DNA of 36,960 bases from NCBI GenBank assembly GCA_031414595.1, contig JANNVX010000049.1, positions 1 through 36,960 on the forward strand, read 5' to 3'. The first letter of the stretch is position 1. Every line of letters begins with the position of its first letter. The DNA is from Deinococcales bacterium (GTDB lineage: Bacteria; Deinococcota; Deinococci; Deinococcales; JAAFIG01). The notes under the pieces were generated by a model that searched no databases, was not told the DNA's origin, and saw only the letters and a list, made by a program, of their open reading frames with translations. Position numbers and translations under genes: made by a program. Below are positions 17,138 through 25,620 of this stretch, in pieces.

Positions 17138-18058
17138 TCACTTTGCCCCACTAAATTGCAACGACTCAACCACCCGCCGCCCCATCACCAGCAGCAGAAT
17201 AAAAATTGGAATAACCGCCACAAATGTGCCAGCCATCAGACCAGTCCAGTCGGGTGAGCCTTGTGGAGTTTGGGTCTTAAAAATCTGCAAGGCTACAGGC
17301 AAGGTAAAAGTGCTTTCATTTTTAGCAATCAAAAAGGGCCAGAAAAATTCATTCCAACTGCCAATCGCGGTTAAAATCGCTAATGTCACCAGAGGTCCTT
17401 GGCTCATTGGGAGGGTAATTCGCCAAAAAATCACAAATGGATTTGCCCCATCCAAAAAGGCGGCTTCTTCGGTTTCTCGAGGCAGGGATAAAAAGAATTG
17501 GCGCAGGAAAAAAACTGCAAACGGCGACATCAGCACAAATGGTGCAACCATTCCACCCATCGAGTCGAGTAAGCCAAGGTTTTTGATCGTGATAAAGTTG
17601 GGGATAAACAAAACAATGCCTGGAATCATTAAAGCGATTAAAAACATCGTAAAAATTGCATCACGTCCGGGGAATTTCAGCCGAGCAAAAGCATAAGCTG
17701 CCATCGCCGAGAAAAATGTTTGAAAAAAGACAATTAATGCCGTAAAAATAGCGCTGTTAATCATGGCTGCAAAAAAGCTGATTGAACTGCCCGAACCACC
17801 TGCTTTTTGAGCTTCTGCTTGGCTTAAAAAACCCAGCACACGCTGAAAGTTAATCAGGGTCGGTTGGCTTGGAAAGAGTTGACCCGCTTCGGCAAACAGC
17901 GCCGAATTGCTGGTCAGGGCGGTTTTTAAGACAATCCAAATCGGAAAAACCGAAATCAGCACAATCAAAGCCAGCGCGATAAATGCCAGCACCCGCCCGA
18001 TGGGAATGGGTGGTTTACGACGAATTGGACTCGAGACGGTGGCAGTTGAAGTCATCAC
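17138..18058 (-). CDS. Carbohydrate ABC transporter permease (MalG-like)
   Basis: EEAAFLDGA EAA loop; AYAFARLKFPGR; WNEFFWP. Confidence 0.93.
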   Translation of the reverse strand: MMTSTATVSSPIRRKPPIPIGRVLAFIALALIVLISVFPIWIVLKTALTSNSALFAEAGQLFPSQPTLINFQRVLGFLSQAEAQKAGGSGSSISFFAAMINSAIFTALIVFFQTFFSAMAAYAFARLKFPGRDAIFTMFLIALMIPGIVLFIPNFITIKNLGLLDSMGGMVAPFVLMSPFAVFFLRQFFLSLPRETEEAAFLDGANPFVIFWRITLPMSQGPLVTLAILTAIGSWNEFFWPFLIAKNESTFTLPVALQIFKTQTPQGSPDWTGLMAGTFVAVIPIFILLLVMGRRVVESLQFSGAK

Positions 18059-18067
18059 ATTTCTCCC

Positions 18068-18979
18068 TTAATCCAAATCCGATTCGTTGGCGCGTAAAAT
18101 TCGGGTTTGTAGCAGCGTAAAAAACACCAGAATCGCAAACAAAACCATGCTCATGGCAGTCGCATAGCCCATGCGAAAGAAACTAAAAGCGTTCTGGTAG
18201 ATGTACAGCACCACCACTCGAGTTGAATCTATTGGTCCGCCATTGGTGGTGACGGCAATCATGTCAAAAATCTGAAACGAACCAATGACCGATGTGACCA
18301 TCACAAAAACCGTAACTGGACGCAGCAAAGGCAGGGTCATACGCCAAAAGGTTGTCCATTCCGATGCACCATCAATTTTTGCGGCTTCGTAGACGGTGCG
18401 TGGAATGGACTGCATCCCCGCGTAAAAGAGCAGCGCATTAAAGCCCATGTGCTTCCAGATGTTAATGATCGCAATGGTCGGAATAGCTTGCTCTGGTGAA
18501 GAAAAAAAAGTCTGTTTACCAATCGGTGTGGCAGCCAACCACTGAATTAAAATCCCAAGCAGTGGGTCAAGCATCCACAAAAAAATCATGCCGACAATCA
18601 CGCTCGAGAGTAAATACGGCAAAATCAGTAAGCCCTTAATTGCCATGCTGCTGACCAGCCTATCCATGGCTACTGCCAAAAGCAGCGACAATACTGTTTG
18701 CAAGGGGATATTCCACAGCACATACTGCACCGTCACCCCAAACGAAGCCCAAAACTTGGCATCCGAAAAGACCTCGAGATAATTCTGAAAACCAATAAAC
18801 TTTGGGTCACTGAGTAAGTTCCAATCGGTAAAACTGATTTGTAAGCCGCGAATGGCTGGGTACAAATAAAAAGCCACAAAACCAATAATCGCTGGGGCAA
18901 TAAACAGATAACCCACCGCCCAACTTGGCAACCCCTTGGGTCGGGGTGGGGTGAAGGTCTTAGCACTCGAACCAGTCAT
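18068..18979 (-). CDS. Carbohydrate ABC transporter permease (MalF-like)
   Basis: YEAAKIDGAS EAA loop; FIGFQNY; TNGGP; GYATAMS; AAGGAG RBS. Confidence 0.93.
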   Translation of the reverse strand: MTGSSAKTFTPPRPKGLPSWAVGYLFIAPAIIGFVAFYLYPAIRGLQISFTDWNLLSDPKFIGFQNYLEVFSDAKFWASFGVTVQYVLWNIPLQTVLSLLLAVAMDRLVSSMAIKGLLILPYLLSSVIVGMIFLWMLDPLLGILIQWLAATPIGKQTFFSSPEQAIPTIAIINIWKHMGFNALLFYAGMQSIPRTVYEAAKIDGASEWTTFWRMTLPLLRPVTVFVMVTSVIGSFQIFDMIAVTTNGGPIDSTRVVVLYIYQNAFSFFRMGYATAMSMVLFAILVFFTLLQTRILRANESDLD

Positions 18980-19036
18980 GGGTCTCCTTTTGAAAGCTCT
19001 CGAGCCAATAATGCCTCTGGCTTTGAAGAAATGAGA

Positions 19037-19095
19037 ACTAACACGAATTACTAACGGGTTTTAGTAAGGTAACACCAAAGCAATTGTCTTGTCAA
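19037..19095 (-). promoter_or_regulatory. Sugar operon promoter and putative LacI operators
   Basis: Minus strand TTGACA (19090-95), 18 nt, then TACCTT (19066-71). Palindrome TTACTAA-CGGGTT-TTAGTAA at 19048-67 and a related ACTAACACG half-site at 19037. Confidence 0.65.
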
Positions 19096-19164
19096 GCGCT
19101 AAAAATAAAAACCCAACTTATGGACTTGAGATTCATCGTAAAACTCGTGTAACCTAAAGCCAAG

Positions 19165-19181
19165 TTAGGAATGATTCCTAA
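19165..19181. promoter_or_regulatory. Perfect 8-1-8 palindrome upstream of sufC (Fur/PerR-like box)
   Basis: TTAGGAAT-G-ATTCCTAA. Confidence 0.6.
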
Positions 19182-19238
19182 TAGCATACTAAAACTGCAA
19201 TTCTCGAGTATAAAAAACTCGAGTACCAAGGAGAAAAC

Positions 19239-20000
19239 GTGAACCTCGAAATCAAAGACTTATGGGTCAGCATCGACAACGAAATGATTCTCAAAGGTGT
19301 AAACCTGCACGTCCCGGCTGGACAATTCCATGCCATCATGGGACCGAACGGCAACGGCAAAAGCACCTTAGTTAAAGCCATTGCTGGCGCACCCGAATAC
19401 ACCATCGAACGCGGTGAGGTTCTGTATAACGGCGTGAACATCCTCGAACTCGAGCCAGACGAACGCGCCCGTCAAGGGTTGTACTTGGCATTTCAATACC
19501 CCGTAGAAATTCCGGGGGTGACGGTTGCCAACTTCTTACGCCTAGCCATCCAAGCCCGCACTGGACAAGAAGTCCAATTTATGGATTTCTATAAAAAACT
19601 GACCCGCGCCCTCGAGATTCTCGATTGGGACGAGTCGTGGGTAAACCGTTACCTTAACCAAGGTTTTAGCGGCGGCGAGAAAAAACGCAACGAAATCCTG
19701 CAAATGCTGATGCTCGAGCCAAGCTGCGCCCTGATGGACGAAACCGATTCTGGCTTAGACATAGACGCGCTTAAAGTCGTGGCAAAAGGTGTCAACGCCA
19801 TGCGAAGCGCCAATTTTAGCGCCTTGATGATTACCCACTACAATCGTCTGCTCGAGTTTATTGTGCCGGACATGGTGCATATTATGGTAGATGGCAGAAT
19901 TGTTAAGAGCGGTGGTAAAGAATTAGCCGTAGAACTCGAGGCAAATGGGTACGAACCGATTAAAGCCATGGCTGCCGCACAACCAGCCGCCGCATTCTAA
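19239..20000 (+). CDS. sufC: Fe-S cluster assembly ATPase SufC
   Basis: [53 protein letters not shown]. Confidence 0.97.
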   Translation: MNLEIKDLWVSIDNEMILKGVNLHVPAGQFHAIMGPNGNGKSTLVKAIAGAPEYTIERGEVLYNGVNILELEPDERARQGLYLAFQYPVEIPGVTVANFLRLAIQARTGQEVQFMDFYKKLTRALEILDWDESWVNRYLNQGFSGGEKKRNEILQMLMLEPSCALMDETDSGLDIDALKVVAKGVNAMRSANFSALMITHYNRLLEFIVPDMVHIMVDGRIVKSGGKELAVELEANGYEPIKAMAAAQPAAAF

Positions 20001-20034
20001 TTCTCGAGAAAACACCCGCCCCACAAGGAGCTTT

Positions 20035-21465
20035 ATGACCCAACAATACTCCGATAACAAGCCCGATGCTGCTGTTGCCCAAATCAACGAAGCCTATGAA
20101 TTCGGTTGGTCACAACCCGAGAGTTACACGATTAAAGCCCCCAAAGGCTTATCCCGAGATGTGGTTGAACTAATTTCTAAATCCAAAGACGAACCCGCTT
20201 GGATGCTCGAGTTCCGCATGAAAGCGCTAGACATTTACCGCAGCAAACCCATTCCAAAATGGGGTGCGGATTTAAGTGGGCTTGACCTCGAGAATATTTA
20301 TTACTATATCAAACCCACTGATATGCTTAACAGCCGAACTTGGGATGATGTGCCAGAAGACATTAAACGCACCTTCGATAAACTCGGGATTCCAGAATCC
20401 GAACGTGGAATGCTGGCTGGAGTCGGCGCTCAGTACGAATCCGAGATGGTGTATCACAACCTGAAAGAAGAATGGGAAAAACTTGGCGTGATTTTTTTAT
20501 CCATCGAAGACGGAATGCGTGAACACCCAGAACTCTTCCGTGAACATTTCGGCACGGTCATTCCGCCCGAAGATAATAAATTTGCAGCCGTCAACAGTGC
20601 GGTTTGGTCTGGCGGTAGTTTTGTTTATGTGCCAAAAGGCGTTAAGGTCGAAGTGCCTCTGCAAACCTATTTCCGAATTAACGCCGAGAATAGTGGGCAG
20701 TTTGAACGCACCCTGATTATTATTGACGAAGGCGCTTATGCCCATTACATCGAAGGTTGCACTGCGCCGTCCTACTCCTCGGACAGCTTCCATTCTGGTG
20801 TGATTGAAATTATTGTTAAAAAAGGCGCTCGGATGCGCTACAGCACGATTCAAAACTGGTCACATAATGTTTATAACCTTGTGACCCAACGGGCTGCGGT
20901 TTACGAAGGCGCGGTCATGGAATGGGTAGATGGCAACCTTGGCAGCAAAGTCACCATGAAATACCCAGCCACGTACTTACTCGAGCCAGGCGCTCGCGGC
21001 GAAATTTTAAGTATTGCGATGGCAACCACTGGGCAACACCAAGACGCTGGCGGTAAAGTTGTGCATTTTGCGCCAAACACAAGCTCGAGTATTGTCAGTA
21101 AAAGTATCAGTAAAAACAATGGTCGCTCAAGTTACCGAGGGCTGGTTAAAATTTATGATGGCGCAAAAAACGCCAAAAGCAACGTTGAATGCGATGCGCT
21201 GCTTCTGAACGACGACTCGAGAACCGATACTTACCCCTACATCGAAATCGAAGAGAAGTCTGCCAGTGTTGGACACGAAGCCACGGTCAGTAAAATTAAC
21301 GATGAGCAGGTGTTTTACTTGATGTCTCGAGGGTTGTCTGAGGAAGCCGCAACAGGTCTGATTGTACGCGGATTTATTGAACCAATTGCTAAAGAACTGC
21401 CACTCGAGTACGCTGTGGAACTCAACCGCCTAATTGAACTCGAGATGGAAGGGTCGGTCGGCTAG
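20035..21465 (+). CDS. sufB: Fe-S cluster assembly protein SufB
   Basis: [56 protein letters not shown]. Start at the ATG after AAGGAG. Confidence 0.97.
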   Translation: MTQQYSDNKPDAAVAQINEAYEFGWSQPESYTIKAPKGLSRDVVELISKSKDEPAWMLEFRMKALDIYRSKPIPKWGADLSGLDLENIYYYIKPTDMLNSRTWDDVPEDIKRTFDKLGIPESERGMLAGVGAQYESEMVYHNLKEEWEKLGVIFLSIEDGMREHPELFREHFGTVIPPEDNKFAAVNSAVWSGGSFVYVPKGVKVEVPLQTYFRINAENSGQFERTLIIIDEGAYAHYIEGCTAPSYSSDSFHSGVIEIIVKKGARMRYSTIQNWSHNVYNLVTQRAAVYEGAVMEWVDGNLGSKVTMKYPATYLLEPGARGEILSIAMATTGQHQDAGGKVVHFAPNTSSSIVSKSISKNNGRSSYRGLVKIYDGAKNAKSNVECDALLLNDDSRTDTYPYIEIEEKSASVGHEATVSKINDEQVFYLMSRGLSEEAATGLIVRGFIEPIAKELPLEYAVELNRLIELEMEGSVG

Positions 21466-21470
21466 ATTTT

Positions 21471-21497
21471 ATGGGGTTTGCGTTTTGCAAACCCCAT
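21471..21497. terminator. Stem-loop after sufB
   Basis: ATGGGGTTTGC-GTTTT-GCAAACCCCAT 11-bp stem; no clear U-tract on +. Confidence 0.5.
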
Positions 21498-21595
21498 GGC
21501 TGTATCTCTGCTCGAGTCTGCGGGGAATGTGTTGCAGACTTCAGACATGCTCATAGGGTCAGTATCAACTTGGCAAGGGTTTTAACCAAACTTTA

Positions 21596-21636
21596 GCGTA
21601 TTCTCTAAGCGTGAGTTCTCCAACCAAACCCAGTGA
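21596..21636 (+). repeat. 41-bp direct repeat (left copy): duplicate of the ABC exporter -10 box and first codons
   Basis: 37/41 identical to 23587-23627, with a perfect 28-bp core GCGTGAGTTCTCCAACCAAACCCAGTGA. Confidence 0.9.
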
Positions 21637-21682
21637 GCCTAGAGCCTCCGAAAGGTCTTGTTTTTTAGGTTTTTTCAATAAA

Positions 21683-21970
21683 TACGTGAATGGAAGTTTT
21701 GTGACTGACAAAAAATTTCCCAGCGACATAGATGCTTGCTACAACCAGAATCTTGATTACGACTTACTCGAGTAATTAGAACCAAGCCTACTTGAATTTG
21801 ACAATGCCAGAGCCGCCAAAAAAGCCCGATTTGGCTGCGAATTCTTCCCTGCTCGAGCTATTGCCGATAGCGCAGGGAAAACCTTTCAACACTTTTTTCA
21901 ATTTGACCGTTACAACCAAGCCAAAGGGATTATTAAACTCGAGCTAAACCAAAAAGGAGGCAACCCATGA
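21683..21970 (+). pseudogene. 5'-truncated DUF6932-like (minimal nucleotidyltransferase-type) gene with an internal stop
   Basis: Hand translation YVNGSFVTDKKFPSDIDAC...LLE*LEPSLLEFDNARAAKKARFGCEFFP...FFQFDRYNQAKGII. GS..DxD motif; TAA at 21773-75. Confidence 0.7.
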
Positions 21971-21994
21971 TTCGTTTTGTGCTATACTCTATAT

Positions 21995-22130
21995 GTCGCG
22001 GTTGAACCCAGAGTTGCCTCAAGGCAGAACACTTCGATGCTCGCCCCCGCCTTTTGGCGGTCAGGTTTCTAGCCAGGACTGGAATATAAAAAGAAGCAGG
22101 GGAAAAAGCAGCCTTTCGGGTTGCTTTTTC
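21995..22130 (+). ncRNA. Candidate ~135-nt structured small RNA convergent with the 182-aa gene
   Basis: Extended -10 TGcTATACT at 21980-88; hairpins at 22015-26 and 22047-60; possible closing stem 22000-08/22064-74; terminator 22102-30. Confidence 0.55.
22102..22130. terminator. Bidirectional intrinsic terminator
   Basis: GAAAAAGCAGCC-TTTCG-GGTTGCTTTTTC, with A-run and T-run flanks, abutting the stop at 22132. Confidence 0.8.
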
Positions 22131-22131
22131 A

Positions 22132-22680
22132 TTAGTACCTTTTGTGGATGCGTTTACCTTGATTTGTTGCATGAAGCAGTTTGAAAAAACCAAAATGGTT
22201 GGTGCGGTCTAATTTTGGGCGCTCATTGCTGTTCGGGTCACGTTCATAAGCACTTTTGATGATCAAGACTATCTGTCGTTTGACTTTCACCACATCAAAA
22301 AAGATGTCGTATTCAATTTTTTGATTCTGCCTATCCAGCAACTCGAGACGAAAATAAGCACCATCTGGCAATACATAAAATCGTTTGTTACTCTCGCCAA
22401 ATGCCCGTATTAAGTCGGGCAGTAATTTGGAAAGCTCCCAACGCTTGTGGTTAAAGTACCTATTTTTGATGCCTTCTCGAGAATGGGTTTTGCTGTAAAT
22501 TGGCAGATTGTCTTCGTTGCTCGAGTCGGTGAAGGTGTGGTCGGTAAATGTTACCAAGACCAAGAAATGTTTGGCACTAGCGGTTGCTGTGGCAACTTGC
22601 ACAAAAGTATGTTCAAAATCATCCAAATGCGACAGGTCAAAAACTTGACTCTTGTGGGTATACGGTATCCACTTCGTCAT
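22132..22680 (-). CDS. Hypothetical protein, putative BECR/RelE-like RNase toxin
   Basis: 182 aa. FDLSHL, FTDHTFT, RYFNHKRWELSKLLP, YDIFF and a terminal-strand KSAY pattern. Fold assignment is inference. Confidence 0.55.
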   Translation of the reverse strand: MTKWIPYTHKSQVFDLSHLDDFEHTFVQVATATASAKHFLVLVTFTDHTFTDSSNEDNLPIYSKTHSREGIKNRYFNHKRWELSKLLPDLIRAFGESNKRFYVLPDGAYFRLELLDRQNQKIEYDIFFDVVKVKRQIVLIIKSAYERDPNSNERPKLDRTNHFGFFKLLHATNQGKRIHKRY

Positions 22681-22910
22681 TTCACGCTGGCTCGAGCAGA
22701 ATCTTCTCTTGGGTTCATCTTGAAAAACAGTTCTTCGTCGCGTTCAGATAAATCTGTGATTTCAGATTCACCAATTCCAAACCAACTCAGGGGTTTTTGG
22801 TCTCGAGTGGTTGCCGTAAAACGCAAATCAGCCGACAGCAAACGCACCAACTTGGTTTGCTCAAGGTAGGATAATTGCTTGGCTTGTGTTTGAAGTTCTG
22901 CCACGTTCAT
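22677..22910 (-). CDS. Small antitoxin-like protein (leaderless)
   Basis: 77 aa. GIGES..DLSERDEEL acidic motif resembling type II antitoxins; TGaTATGCT-6nt-ATG; ATGA overlap with the next gene. Confidence 0.6.
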   Translation of the reverse strand: MNVAELQTQAKQLSYLEQTKLVRLLSADLRFTATTRDQKPLSWFGIGESEITDLSERDEELFFKMNPREDSARASVK

Positions 22911-22963
22911 GGCGTGAGCATATCAGAAACAAGTTCTTGATTATCTCGAGAATTGCAATATGG

Positions 22964-23515
22964 TTAGTAACCTTCTTTTACTTTTTCCTTAAACATTTGT
23001 AAGCCCTGAGCCAAGATAGAACGTATCAGTTTTATTTCTGAACTTGACCAAATTGGCGAATAAGATTTGCCTGCTGGAGTCACAGGTGGTAAGTTGCACC
23101 CAAAGAAAAGTTTGTCATAAACCTTATTTGTTACTTCTTTATTTTGGTCAAAATCATGACCTACGGTGTAGGATACATCCAAAAAAAGATTCCAAACACT
23201 GAGTAATTTATCGCATTTTAAGGTACGAGTTTTTTTCCTGACTAACCAATTCTCGAGGTAATCTATATCAATTAAATTCAGTTCAGACGAATTGTTCGGG
23301 AACATTGAAAATGATATGCCTTTACTGTGTGCATACACAAGTAAACTTTGTGGATTTGTAAAGCCACGAACAAAGCCAAGGTCATCAGTAACCAAACTAT
23401 CTTGCTCACCACCAATACAAATGAGATAGGAATTTTTGTTATTCAAACGATAACAAAGTTCAACATGGTATTTTTCCACAAGATTAAGTCTAAGAAGCCT
23501 TACTGCAAAATACAA
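22964..23515 (-). CDS. Hypothetical protein (AT-rich; start uncertain)
   Basis: Open frame of up to 183 aa with WNLFLDV, YDKLFFGCNLPPVTP..YSPIWS motifs. Confidence 0.65.
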   Translation of the reverse strand: MYFAVRLLRLNLVEKYHVELCYRLNNKNSYLICIGGEQDSLVTDDLGFVRGFTNPQSLLVYAHSKGISFSMFPNNSSELNLIDIDYLENWLVRKKTRTLKCDKLLSVWNLFLDVSYTVGHDFDQNKEVTNKVYDKLFFGCNLPPVTPAGKSYSPIWSSSEIKLIRSILAQGLQMFKEKVKEGY

Positions 23516-23586
23516 TCAGCGAACTAGCCTAGGAAACTTGAGGAATAGCCACTTTCAAACTCGAGTAGTTCTTTTGCTTGGCTCTG

Positions 23587-23627
23587 GCGTATTCTTAGGG
23601 CGTGAGTTCTCCAACCAAACCCAGTGA
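23587..23627 (+). repeat. 41-bp direct repeat (right, functional copy)
   Basis: TATTCT-6nt-GTG start of the ABC gene; matches 21596-21636. Confidence 0.9.
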
Positions 23628-25425
23628 CCAAAAAATTGATTCTAAGCAAATGATTTCTGATTTACTGTCTACCCTGCGCTTGGTGTGGGAAGCCAGTAGC
23701 TTGCACTCGAGTATTATTCTTGTCTCGAGTTTGCTGACCGCTTTTGCACCAGCCGCGACCCTCTGGATTGGCAAATTGCTCTTGGATGCGGTGGCGCTGG
23801 CAACCCAAGGTAAACTCGAGGGTGGGCTAAGTTCTCTAACGACCTTGCTGGCTGTTCAAGTCGGTATTGGGGCGCTGCTGGTGCTGCTTGGGGCATTACA
23901 AGGCGCGTCTCGAGAATTGTTGGGCGATGCTTTGCAGAACCGTATCACCATGCAAATTCTAGGTAAAGCTGCCAATCTCGAGGTTGAGCAGTTCGAGAAT
24001 GCCAAGACTTACGATGCCTTAAAAAATGCCTATAACGAAGTTGGTTTTCGTCCGATGAGTGTGGCTTCGCAAGTGCTGGCGTTGGTTCAAGCCGTGATTA
24101 CTTTGGGTTCAATTGGTGTACTGCTGGCACAATTGGGTTGGTTGGTGCTGCTTTTAACGTTGGTTGCGACACTGCCGGGTGTGGTGGTTTCAAATCGCTT
24201 TGGGGCGGAATCGTATCGTTTGATTCGCCGCCGAACCCCAGACGCTCGGGTGCAGAATTACCTTGGAACACTTTTAACCTCCGATGCACTGGTCAAAGAA
24301 GTGCGTTTGTTTGGCTTTGAACCGTATTTACTCGAGCGCTGGCAATTGTACTACCAGAAATTCAGGGCGCAACTTGTGCCTTTAATTGTGCGGCGGAGTG
24401 GTTGGACGTTTGGCGCAAGTTTACTCTCGAGTCTCCTGATTGGTGTGGCAACCCTTTCGGTGCTGGCAAGGGCGGCACTTGGGGCGATTACCGTCGGTGA
24501 TTTTGCGCTGTTTATTGGCGGGCTGTCCCAAGTTCAAGCCCAATTCTCGAGTTTGCTATCTGGCGTTTCTAACATTTACCAGAGTTTACTCTACATGCGG
24601 AATTTATTTGAATTTCTCGAGTTACCGCAACGCGACTTAAACGCGGGTTTGGTTTGGTCTGAACGCATCGAAAGCATCGAATTCGAGAATGTGGCATTTG
24701 CCTATCCTCTGACTAATCGAGATGTCTTAAAAGGTGTGAATTTTAAGATTGTGACAGGTCAAGCCCTTGCTTTGGTCGGTGAAAATGGCGCTGGGAAAAC
24801 CACGATTGTCAAGCTCCTGACTCGGCTTTTTGAACCGACTTCGGGCAAAATTTTAATCAATGGCAAAGACGCTACTCTGTACTCGCCGCGCAGTGTACAA
24901 CGCGAGATGAGCATTATTTTCCAAGATTACGGACAGTACCAAATGACGGCTCGAGAAAATGTGGCACTTGGGCAACTCGAGCAGATGCAGGACACAAGTG
25001 CTATCGAAAAAGCTGGACTGCAAAGCGGTGCAAACGAATTTGTGCAGGATTTACCTTCGGGTTACGACACGATGCTTGGGCGAATGTTTGAAGGCGGCAG
25101 ACAATTGTCGGGCGGACAATGGCAACGCCTCGCCCTCTCGAGACTGTATTTTCGCAACGCCAGTGTGTTGGTTTTCGATGAACCCACGGCTGCCCTCGAT
25201 GCCCAAGCCGAATTTGACACCATCGAGGCACTTCGCGCCCAAGCCAAAGACCGCATGACGGTGCTGATTTCGCACCGTTTTAGTACCGTGCGTTTAGCCG
25301 ATACAATTGTGGTTCTCGAGCATGGGATTATCGCCGAGCGTGGTTCGCACCAAGAACTGCTGCAAAGTGGCGGGATGTACGCCCAATTGTTTAAGCTACA
25401 AGCCAAGGGCTATCAGGCGGCTTAG
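23602..25425 (+). CDS. ABC exporter, fused permease + ATPase
   Basis: TM N-terminal half; GENGAGKTT, LSGGQWQR, VFDEPTAALD, ISHRFST. Confidence 0.95.
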   Translation: MSSPTKPSDQKIDSKQMISDLLSTLRLVWEASSLHSSIILVSSLLTAFAPAATLWIGKLLLDAVALATQGKLEGGLSSLTTLLAVQVGIGALLVLLGALQGASRELLGDALQNRITMQILGKAANLEVEQFENAKTYDALKNAYNEVGFRPMSVASQVLALVQAVITLGSIGVLLAQLGWLVLLLTLVATLPGVVVSNRFGAESYRLIRRRTPDARVQNYLGTLLTSDALVKEVRLFGFEPYLLERWQLYYQKFRAQLVPLIVRRSGWTFGASLLSSLLIGVATLSVLARAALGAITVGDFALFIGGLSQVQAQFSSLLSGVSNIYQSLLYMRNLFEFLELPQRDLNAGLVWSERIESIEFENVAFAYPLTNRDVLKGVNFKIVTGQALALVGENGAGKTTIVKLLTRLFEPTSGKILINGKDATLYSPRSVQREMSIIFQDYGQYQMTARENVALGQLEQMQDTSAIEKAGLQSGANEFVQDLPSGYDTMLGRMFEGGRQLSGGQWQRLALSRLYFRNASVLVFDEPTAALDAQAEFDTIEALRAQAKDRMTVLISHRFSTVRLADTIVVLEHGIIAERGSHQELLQSGGMYAQLFKLQAKGYQAA

Positions 25426-25620
25426 GATTTGTCCGTAAATAAAATCCCGATTTGAGAATGGATCACCATTGACCGTAAACGGGTTAGGCTTCTTGACCAT
25501 AAACGCGCACCTTACGGGCATGGTCGCATGCCTAACCCCTACGGTTTAGCACAAGATTTTGTCGTAGGGGCGAGGCATGCCTCGCCCAAAGATTTACGGA
25601 TTTTATTTTCGGACAGTTCC
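25425..25620. mobile_element. MITE copy 3 (196 bp) with TTA target duplication
   Basis: GGATTTGTCCGTAAATAAAATCC...GGATTTTATTTTCGGACAGTTCC. TTA at 25422-24 and 25621-23. Internal CCCCTAC / GTAGGGGCG hairpins. Confidence 0.88.

Noticed and set aside
21993-22184. 63-aa + strand ORF over the sRNA candidate
   Set aside because: It runs through the strong terminator and into the convergent CDS. The ATG is only 4 nt from the -10, upstream of the likely TSS. Not formally excluded.
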